A stretch of 30,452 nt of DNA, from NCBI GenBank assembly GCA_002269645.1, contig NIVC01002370.1:1-30452 (forward strand). The letters are read 5' to 3'. A program made the position numbers and the translations under genes. Under the pieces are notes generated by a model. That model saw only the letters and a list, made by a program, of their open reading frames with translations, had not been told where the DNA came from and did no database searches. Numbering within the stretch: position 1 is the stretch's first letter; every line of letters begins with the position of its first letter. This DNA comes from Macrostomum lignano. Its lineage: Eukaryota. This document shows, one piece after another, positions 13,001 to 23,454 of this stretch.

Positions 13001-16000
13001 CTGTGGGTAACTTGTCAGTGGCTATGGGTAACTTGTCAGTGGCTATGGGTAACTTGTCAGTGGCTATGGGTAACTTGTCAGTGGCTATGGGTAACTTGTC
13101 AGTGGCTATGGGTAACTTGTCAGTGGCTATGGGTAACTTGTCAGTGGCATGGGTAACTTGTCAGTGGCTGTGGGTAACTTGTCAGTGGCTATGGGTAACT
13201 TGTCAGTGGCTATGGGTAACTTGTCAGTGGCTATGGGTAACTTGTCAGTGGCTGTGGGTAACTTGTCAGTGGCTATGGGTAACTTGTCAGTGGCTATGGG
13301 TAACTTGTCAGTGGCTTGGGTAACTTGTCAGTGGCTATGGGTAACTTGTCAGTGGCTGTGGGTAACTTGTCAGTGGCTGTGGGTAACTTGTCAGTGGCTT
13401 GTGGGTAACTTGTCAGTGGCTGTGGGTAACTTGTCAGTGGCATGGGTAACTTGTCAGTGGCTATGGGTAACTTGTCAGTGGCTATGGGTAACTTGTCAGT
13501 GGCATGGGTAACTTGTCAGTGGCTATGGGTAACTTGTCAGTGGCTGTGGGTAACTTGTCAGTGGCTGTGGGTAACTTGTCAGTGGCTGTGGGTAACTTGT
13601 CAGTGGCATGGGTAACTTGTCAGTGGCTATGGGTAACTTGTCAGTGGTTGTGGGTAACTTGTCAGTGGCTGTGGGTAACTTGTCAGTGGCTATGGGTAAC
13701 TTGTCAGTGGCTATGGGTAACTTGTCAGTGGTTGGGTAACTTGTCAGTGGCTTGGGTAACTTGTCAGTGGCTATGGGTAACTTGTCAGTGGCTGTGGGTA
13801 ACTTGTCAGTGGCATGGGTAACTTGTCAGTGGCTATGGTAACTTGTCAGTGGCTATGGGTAACTTGTCAGTGGCTGTGGGTAACTTGTCAGTGGCTTGTG
13901 GGTAACTTGTCAGTGGCTGTGGGTAACTTGTCAGTGGCTATGGTAACTTGTCAGTGGCTATGGGTAACTTGTCAGTGGCTATGGGTAACTTGTCAGTGGC
14001 TATGTAACTTGTCAGTGGCTATGGGTAACTTGTCAGTGGCTGTGGGTAACTTGTCAGTGGCTATGGGTAACTTGTCAGTGGCTATGGGTAACTTGTCAGT
14101 GGCTATGGGTAACTTGTCAGTGGCTATGGGTAACTTGTCAGTGGCCATGGGTAACTTGTCAGTGGCTGTGGGTAACTTGTCAGTGGCTATGGGTAACTTG
14201 TCAGTGGCTATGGGTAACTTGTCAGTGGCTATGGGTAACTTGTCAGTGGCTGGGTAACTTGTCAGTGGCTGTGGGTAACTTGTCAGTGGCTATGGGTAAC
14301 TTGTCAGTGGCTGTGGGTAACTTGTCAGTGGTTGTGGTAACTTGTCAGTGGCTGTGGGTAACTTGTCAGTGGCATGGGTAACTTGTCAGTGGCTATGGGT
14401 AACTTGTCAGTGGCATGGGTAACTTGTCAGTGGCTGTGGGTAACTTGTCAGTGGCTATGGGTAACTTGTCAGTGGCTATGGGTAACTTGTCAGTGGCTGT
14501 GGGTAACTTGTCAGTGGTTGTGGTAACTTGTCAGTGGCTGTGGGTAACTTGTCAGTGGCATGGGTAACTTGTCAGTGGCTATGGGTAACTTGTCAGTGGC
14601 TTGTGGGTAACTTGTCAGTGGCTGTGGGTAACTTGTCAGTGGCTATGGGTAACTTGTCAGTGGCTGTGGGTAACTTGTCAGTGGGCATGGGTAACTTGTC
14701 AGTGGCTATGAGTAACTTGTCAGTGGCTATGGGTAACTTGTCAGTGGCTGTGGGTAACTTGTCAGTGGCTGTGGGTAACTTGTCAGTGGCTATGGGTAAC
14801 TTGTCAGTGGCTATGGGTAACTTGTCAGTGGCATGGTAACTTGTCAGTGGCTATGGGTAACTTGTCAGTGGCTGTGGGTAACTTGTCAGTGGCTTGGTAA
14901 CTTGTCAGTGGCTATGGGTAACTTGTCAGTGGCTGTGGGTAACTTGTCAGTGGCTGTGGGTAACTTGTCAGTGGCTAACTTGTCAGTGGCTATGGGTAAC
15001 TTGTCAGTGGCATGGGTAACTTGTCAGTGGCTATGGGTAACTTGTCAGTGGCCATGGGTAACTTGTCAGTGGCTGTGGGTAACTTGTCAGTGGCTATGGG
15101 TAACTTGTCAGTGGCTATGGGTAACTTGTCAGTGGCCATGGTAACTTGTCAGTGGCTATGGGTAACTTGTCAGTGGCTGTGGGTAACTTGTCAGTGGTTG
15201 TGGGTAACTTGTCAGTGGCTGTGGGTAACTTGTCAGTGGCTATGGGTAACTTGTCAGTGGCTATGGGTAACTTGTCAGTGGCCATGGTAACTTGTCAGTG
15301 GCTATGGGTAACTTGTCAGTGGCTGTGGGTAACTTGTCAGTGGCTTGTGGGTAACTTGTCAGTGGCTGTGGTAACTTGTCAGTGGCATGGCTAACTTGTC
15401 AGTGGCTATGGGTAACTTGTCAGTGGCATGGGTAACTTGTCAGTGGCTGTGGGTAACTTGTCAGTGGCTATGGGTAACTTGTCAGTGGCTATGGGTAACT
15501 TGTCAGTGGCCATGGGTAACTTGTCAGTGGCTATGGGTAACTTGTCAGTGGCTGTGGGTAACTTGTCAGTGGTTGGGTAACTTGTCAGTGGCTAACTTGT
15601 CAGTGGCATGGGTAACTTGTCAGTGGCTATGGGTAACTTGTCAGTGGCTATGGGTAACTTGTCAGTGGCTATGGGTAACTTGTCAGTGGCTATGGGTAAC
15701 TTGTCAGTGGCTATGGGTAACTTGTCAGTGGCTATGGGTAACTTGTCAGTGGCTATGGGTAACTTGTCAGTGGCTATGGGTAACTTGTCAGTGGCTATGG
15801 GTAACTTGTCAGTGGCTATGGGTAACTTGTCAGTGGCTATGGGTAACTTGTCAGTGGCTATGGGTAACTTGTCAGTGGCTGTGGGTAACTTGTCAGTGGC
15901 TATGGGTAACTTGTCAGTGGCTATGGGTAACTTGTCAGTGGCTATGGGTAACTTGTCAGTGGCTGGGGTAACTTGTCAGTGGCTATGGGTAACTTGTCAG

Positions 16001-19000
16001 TGGCTATGGGTAACTTGTCAGTGGCTATGGTAACTTGTCAGTGGCTATGGGTAACTTGTCAGTGGCTGTGGGTAACTTGTCAGTGGCTGTGGGTAACTTG
16101 TCAGTGGCTGTGGGTAACTTGTCAGTGGCTGTGGGTAACTTGTCAGTGGCTATGGTAACTTGTCAGTGGCTATGGGTAACTTGTCAGTGGCTATGGGTAA
16201 CTTGTCAGTGGCTTGTGGTAACTTGTCAGTGGCTGTGGGTAACTTGTCAGTGGCTGTGGGTAACTTGTCAGTGGCTGTGGGTAACTTGTCAGTGGCTGTG
16301 GGTAACTTGTCAGTGGCATGGGTAACTTGTCAGTGGCTATGGGTAACTTGTCAGTGGCTGTGGGTAACTTGTCAGTGGCTGTGGGTAACTTGTCAGTGGC
16401 TATGGGTAACTTGTCAGTGGCTATGGGTAACTTGTCAGTGGTTGGGTAACTTGTCAGTGGCTTGTGGGTAACTTGTCAGTGGCTATGGGTAACTTGTCAG
16501 TGGCTGGGTAACTTGTCAGTGGCTATGGGTAACTTGTCAGTGGCTATGGGTAACTTGTCAGTGGCTATGGGTAACTTGTCAGTGGCTTGGGTAACTTGTC
16601 AGTGGCTGTGGGTAACTTGTCAGTGGCTGGGGTAACTTGTCAGTGGCTATGGGTAACTTGTCAGTGGCTATGGGTAACTTGTCAGTGGCTATGGGTAACT
16701 TGTCAGTGGCTATGGGTAACTTGTCAGTGGCTATGGGTAACTTGTCAGTGGCTATGGGTAACTTGTCAGTGGCTATGGGTAACTTGTCAGTGGCTATGGG
16801 TAACTTGTCAGTGGCTATGGGTAACTTGTCAGTGGCTATGGGTAACTTGTCAGTGGCTGTGGGTAACTTGTCAGTGGCTATGGGTAACTTGTCAGTGGCT
16901 ATGGGTAACTTGTCAGTGGCTATGGGTAACTTGTCAGTGGCTATGGGTAACTTGTCAGTGGCTGGGTAACTTGTCAGTGGCTGTGGGTAACTTGTCAGTG
17001 GCTATGGGTAACTTGTCAGTGGCTGTGGGTAACTTGTCAGTGGCTGTGGGTAACTTGTCAGTGGCTGTGGGTAACTTGTCAGTGGCTGTGGGTAACTTGT
17101 CAGTGGCTATGGGTAACTTGTCAGTGGCTGTGGGTAACTTGTCAGTGGCTGTGGGTAACTTGTCAGTGGCTATGGGTAACTTGTCAGTGGCTATGGGTAA
17201 CTTGTCAGTGGCTTGGGTAACTTGTCAGTGGCTGTGGGTAACTTGTCAGTGGCTGTGGGTAACTTGTCAGTGGCTATGGGTAACTTGTCAGTGGCTATGG
17301 GTAACTTGTCAGTGGCTTGTGGGTAACTTGTCAGTGGCTTGGGTAACTTGTCAGTGGCTGTGGGTAACTTGTCAGTGGCTGTGGGTAACTTGTCAGTGGC
17401 TATGGTAACTTGTCAGTGGCTATGGGTAACTTGTCAGTGGCTATGGGTAACTTGTCAGTGGCTGTGGGTAACTTGTCAGTGGCTATGGGTAACTTGTCAG
17501 TGGCTATGGGTAACTTGTCAGTGGCTATGGGTAACTTGTCAGTGGCTATGGGTAACTTGTCAGTGGCTGTGGGTAACTTGTCAGTGGCCATGGTAACTTG
17601 TCAGTGGCTATGGGTAACTTGTCAGTGGCTGGGTAACTTGTCAGTGGCTTGGGTAACTTGTCAGTGGCTGTGGGTAACTTGTCAGTGGCATGGGTAACTT
17701 GTCAGTGGCTATGGGTAACTTGTCAGTGGCTATGGGTAACTTGTCAGTGGCTGTGGGTAACTTGTCAGTGGCTATGGGTAACTTGTCAGTGGCTATGGGT
17801 AACTTGTCAGTGGCTATGGGTAACTTGTCAGTGGCTATGGGTAACTTGTCAGTGGCTGTGGGTAACTTGTCAGTGGCTGGGTAACTTGTCAGTGGCTGTG
17901 GGTAACTTGTCAGTGGCATGTGGGTAACTTGTCAGTGGCTATGGGTAACTTGTCAGTGGCTATGGGTAACTTGTCAGTGGCTATGGGTAACTTGTCAGTG
18001 GCTATGGGTAACTTGTCAGTGGCTATGGGTAACTTGTCAGTGGCTATGGGTAACTTGTCAGTGGCTATGGGTAACTTGTCAGTGGCTATGGGTAACTTGT
18101 CAGTGGCTATGGGTAACTTGTCAGTGGCTATGGGTAACTTGTCAGTGGCTATGGGTAACTTGTCAGTGGCCATGGGTAACTTGTCAGTGGCTGTGGGTAA
18201 CTTGTCAGTGGCTATGGGTAACTTGTCAGTGGCTATGGGTAACTTGTCAGTGGCTATGGGTAACTTGTCAGTGGCTATGGGTAACTTGTCAGTGGCTATG
18301 GGTAACTTGTCAGTGGCTATGGGTAACTTGTCAGTGGCTATGGTAACTTGTCAGTGGCTATGGGTAACTTGTCAGTGGCTGGGGTAACTTGTCAGTGGCT
18401 GTGGGTAACTTGTCAGTGGCTGTGGGTAACTTGTCAGTGGCTGTGGGTAACTTGTCAGTGGCTATGGGTAACTTGTCAGTGGCTATGGGTAACTTGTCAG
18501 TGGCTATGGGTAACTTGTCAGTGGCTATGGGTAACTTGTCAGTGGCTATGGGTAACTTGTCAGTGGCTGTGGGTAACTTGTCAGTGGCTGTGGGTAACTT
18601 GTCAGTGGCTGTGGGTAACTTGTCAGTGGCATGGCTAACTTGTCAGTGGCTATGGGTAACTTGTCAGTGGTTGTGGGTAACTTGTCAGTGGCTGTGGGTA
18701 ACTTGTCAGTGGCATGGCTAACTTGTCAGTGGCTATGGGTAACTTGTCAGTGGTTGTGGGTAACTTGTCAGTGGCTTGTGGTAACTTGTCAGTGGCTATG
18801 GGTAACTTGTCAGTGGCTGTGGGTAACTTGTCAGTGGCATGGGTAACTTGTCAGTGGCTATGGTAACTTGTCAGTGGCTATGGGTAACTTGTCAGTGGCT
18901 ATGGGTAACTTGTCAGTGGTTGTGGGTAACTTGTCAGTGGCTGTGGGTAACTTGTCAGTGGCATGGGTAACTTGTCAGTGGCTATGGGTAACTTGTCAGT

Positions 19001-20180
19001 GGCTATGGGTAACTTGTCAGTGGCTATGTAACTTGTCAGTGGCTATGGGTAACTTGTCAGTGGCTGTGGGTAACTTGTCAGTGGCTATGGGTAACTTGTC
19101 AGTGGCTATGGGTAACTTGTCAGTGGCTATGGGTAACTTGTCAGTGGCTATGGGTAACTTGTCAGTGGCTATGGGTAACTTGTCAGTGGCTATGGGTAAC
19201 TTGTCAGTGGCTATGGGTAACTTGTCAGTGGCTATGGGTAACTTGTCAGTGGGTATGGGTAACTTGTCAGTGGCCATGGGTAACTTGTCAGTGGCTGTGG
19301 GTAACTTGTCAGTGGCTATGGGTAACTTGTCAGTGGCTGTGGGTAACTTGTCAGTGGTTGTGGTAACTTGTCAGTGGCTGTGGGTAACTTGTCAGTGGCA
19401 TGGCTAACTTGTCAGTGGCTATGGGTAACTTGTCAGTGGCCATGGGTAACTTGTCAGTGGCTGTGGGTAACTTGTCAGTGGCTATGGGTAACTTGTCAGT
19501 GGCTATGGCTAACTTGTCAGTGGCTATGGGTAACTTGTCAGTGGTTGTGGGTAACTTGTCAGTGGCTGTGGGTAACTTGTCAGTAGGCATGGCTAACTTG
19601 TCAGTGGCTATGGGTAACTTGTCAGTGGTTGTGGGTAACTTGTCAGTGGCTTGTGGTAACTTGTCAGTGGCTATGGGTAACTTGTCAGTGGCTGTGGGTA
19701 ACTTGTCAGTGGCATGGGTAACTTGTCAGTGGCTATGAGTAACTTGTCAGTGGCTATGGGTAACTTGTCAGTGGCTGTGGGTAACTTGTCAGTGGCTGTG
19801 GGTAACTTGTCAGTGGCTATGGGTAACTTGTCAGTGGCTATGGGTAACTTGTCAGTGGTTATGGGTAACTTGTCAGTGGCTGTGGGTAACTTGTCAGTGG
19901 GTATGGGTAACTTGTCAGTGGCTGTGGGTAACTTGTCAGTGGCTGTGGGTAACTTGTCAGTGGCTATGGCTAACTTGTCAGTCGTTATGGATAACTTGTC
20001 AGTGGCTATGGGTAACTTGTCAGTGGCTGTGGGTAACTTGTCAGTGGCTATGGGTAACTTGTCAGTGGCTATGGGTAACTTGTCAGTGGCTATGGGTAAC
20101 TTGTCAGTGGCTATGGGTAACTTGTCAGTGGCTATGGGTAACTTGTCAGTGGGTATGGGTAACTTGTCAGTGGCTTTGGA
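1098..20180. repeat. ~19.1-kb tandem satellite, 21-bp unit GGGTAACTTGTCAGTGGCT(A/G)T, ~900 copies
   Basis: The near-invariant core TAACTTGTCAGTGG repeats head to tail throughout. Variation is concentrated in the CTATG/CTGTG/TTGTG/CCATG segment. Copy number is estimated as length divided by 21. Confidence 0.99.
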
Positions 20181-20795
20181 AAACCTAAGCTTGTCAGATT
20201 GTTAATCAGTAGGTAAAGCGTAAATCTTCAGACCGGACAAGTGGAACTTATTAACAATAGGAAATGCTAAATTGAACTACAAAATATTCAAAATGCATCC
20301 ATTAATCAAACCCAACAAAAGTTGTCAATAGAAAAAATCAATAGAAAAAAAATTCATTTGCAAACGCAATTATGAAGTTTACAATATATATGTAAGTACA
20401 TAATGACACTACGGCTATAAAACCGACTTGAATAGGAGATAATTAATTAATTAGCTAAAATATCAACGATTCAGCAGAGGCCTCTTTAGTATCTATGCTT
20501 GATAAATTAATAGAAAAAAAATCGCGCTAAAAATTGGCATTTTTAGATTTGCAAAAAACCTGCACGAGTAGTATAGCTAGCACACGATAGTATCATAAAA
20601 GAATGTTGTTTTTTTGAAAACTGTTGATATCACAGCTGGCATTAACTTTTGTTACATCAGGGCACAAATTTTTTACGGCTTAAAGTATATAACTTTAAGC
20701 TGCCGGATGGTCAGCCTGACCATGGGCCAAACAGCCTTTACTGCTGGTAATTTTTGGAGTCAATGGTAAAAGAAAAGTTATGTGCTTCACAGTAG

Positions 20796-21236
20796 CCGTT
20801 CCTGCCGAGCATGGTCAGCAGCGCTGATCATACGAAAAATGGGTCAAAAAAGTCCCACTTATCTGCAATGGACTGCAGCGACTCGGTTTCAGCATTCTCT
20901 GTGATGACATCATCAGTCTCAGAATCCGATGTATGCAAAATTTCACACTACTCGTATTAAGTAGGTGCAGTGCTTTCTCTTTCAAAAATGCCTGTTTGCA
21001 GATTTTAAAGTGAACTGTAGAGTCTATAGCTACATATCGAGTGTACACACTGCATAATCTATATAGAGAGCATTAAGTGAAATGCACTTTGAAACTGCTT
21101 TTTTCGACCCAAGATTTGTCCAAGCCAAGTATAAGATGCTCCCTTCTCGGCTAGAAAGGCTTTGCACAGCGGCGCATTAAGATTCTAGCTAGCTATAGTC
21201 TATGGCCAGCCCTGCTGATCATGTCGGCAGGAACGG
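20796..21236. mobile_element. Putative non-autonomous DNA transposon (MITE-like) or fold-back relic, ~440 bp, with ~31-bp inverted repeats
   Basis: 20796-20826 CCGTTCCTGCCGAGCATGGTCAGCAGCGCTG is the reverse complement of 21207-21236 CAGCCCTGCTGATCATGTCGGCAGGAACGG, with 2 mismatches and 1 indel. No transposase is seen and there is no diagnostic target-site duplication (only AG on both sides). Confidence 0.5.
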
Positions 21237-21412
21237 AGCTTTTGTATTTCTAGCTCCGGCGCGAAAAGGTTAATTAACATTACAAATCGATACCCAACTT
21301 CAATTACGTGTAAAAACCATGATAATAACTATGGGGCACGGCAAATACGAGCCAATTGTTTTGATTGACAGCAAGAATTGCGGAACATTTTTTTAGATTA
21401 GACTATCGCGGG

Positions 21413-21934
<522 letters not shown>

Positions 21935-22189
21935 TGCCTACTGTAACAGGATTGCTATGAAACAACGAAACAATGAAACAACAACCTATTAAATAAGAGA
22001 CTAATATGATTGCATAAGAATAGCACGAAACGGGTTGCAAATGAGAGCCTATGTGATTAGCTAGTCTCTAAACTAACTATACAAACTAAGGCTTACTGAG
22101 CTACACAAAATAACAAAAAATCATTCAGTTGGTCTGAAACTCAAATTTTACCGGCACCAAAGAAAGCACGCAGAGTTCGGCCTGAGTTT

Positions 22190-22768
22190 CTAAGACAGCT
22201 TGCACGCGCTGCCGCCAAACTCTTTGCCCCGTTGGTCCAGTGCAATTTCTCCTTTCAGCAGAAAGTTCAAAGCAGATTTGGCAATGAAACTGGAAGTACC
22301 GCGGGACACAACCGATTCGGTTTCGTAGAATTTGTTCATCGATTTTTCGAACTCCGGACCATCCAGACGGTGTTCGATTTTGAAATCGCGCCAAGCCTCA
22401 TCAACAATGCTGAGCACGTCGAGTTCCTCTTTAACTTTGAGCTCGGGATTTCTCTGAAGGATTAGCTCGATAATGACTAGGGCCTCGACCATCATCTGGC
22501 GCAGAGCGGGATTGGCGGTCTCCCTGGCCAGAGTCGATTGGACTGCGAACACGAAGTTGGCATCGTTGCGGGACATGTCGTTCAGGCAGGGGTGCTGCTC
22601 AATGAGGGTGTGCCCGATCCGGATGCCGCCTGAGCAGGCCTCTAGAACGCCGTAGACGCCTTCGTAGAAACCGGACGGCACTCGGCAGAGGCAGCCGTCG
22701 ATACGCCGCTGCCAGTAGGGATGGCGCGACTGCCGATGGTCCAGGATGGACACTATTAGGGATTTCAC
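22190..22768 (-). CDS. PHKB: PHKB last exon (VKSLIVSIL...GGSACKLS*)
   Basis: Acceptor CCCGCCCAG|GTG at 22769/22768, phase 0. 193 codons including TAG at 22192-22190. Ends in the CaaX motif CKLS. Confidence 0.93.
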   Translation of the reverse strand: MKSLIVSILDHRQSRHPYWQRRIDGCLCRVPSGFYEGVYGVLEACSGGIRIGHTLIEQHPCLNDMSRNDANFVFAVQSTLARETANPALRQMMVEALVIIELILQRNPELKVKEELDVLSIVDEAWRDFKIEHRLDGPEFEKSMNKFYETESVVSRGTSSFIAKSALNFLLKGEIALDQRGKEFGGSACKLS

Positions 22769-23379
22769 CTGGGCGGGTGGGAGACGGTTGCGGTTGGATG
22801 AAGATTGTGTGGTTTTATCAGAACTAATTAGTGTAGGGACTGCCCACTGAGCACGCACACAAGATACGTAGGCTGAGGCACACGCTCACAAAGGGTTTTT
22901 CAGCGGCCCTGACTCTACATGTAAGGGATGTACATTCTATCTTGGAGATTAGCGCTCATTAGCATAATCAGTCACCAATAAATATGTGCTGTCGGCGTAG
23001 GAACAGGGAGATAGGGAGAAGGGGTAGGTGAGACAGGGGAGGGGGGGAGCGATGGAAAGGAGAGACGGAGGGACAGTAAGGAGGGAATGACAGTAAAGGA
23101 AATGGAGAGAGGGAGACAGGGAGAGAGAGGGGGAAGCCAGGGGAGAGGAGAGAACGGGAGAGAAGAGAGGGAGAGACAGGAGAGAGGGAAGAGAGAGATG
23201 GAGAGGGAGAGAAGAGAGAGGGGAGAGAGGAGAGGGAGGAGAGAGACGGAAGGGAGAGAGGGAGAGAAAAGAGAGGGAGAAAAGGAGAGAGAGAGAGAGA
23301 GAGAGAAGGGAGAGGAGAGAGGGAAGGGAGAGAGGGAGAGGGAGAGGGAAGAAGAGAGAGGAAGAGAAAAGAGAAGGAG

Positions 23380-23454
<75 letters not shown>

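Noticed and set aside
1098-20180. CRISPR-like array
   Set aside because: The units are head to tail with no unique spacers, there are no cas genes, and the context is a spliced eukaryotic locus.
1098-20180. TGACA in each unit as a MEIS/TALE homeodomain site
   Set aside because: It reads TGACAA rather than TGACAG, and a 5-bp match is uninformative without binding data.
1098-20205. Dozens of ORFs of (MGNLSVA)n, (WVTCQWL)n and (ATDKLPI)n
   Set aside because: A 21-bp unit is a multiple of three and lacks stops in several frames. The ORF ends coincide with 1-nt indels, and there is no non-repetitive domain.
20850-20985. Short acidic minus-strand frame (CEILHTSDSETDDVITENAETESLQSIADKWDFFDPFFV) and the overlapping 77-aa ORF
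   Set aside because: No convincing start or splice boundaries, and no family I recognise; a translated search would be needed.
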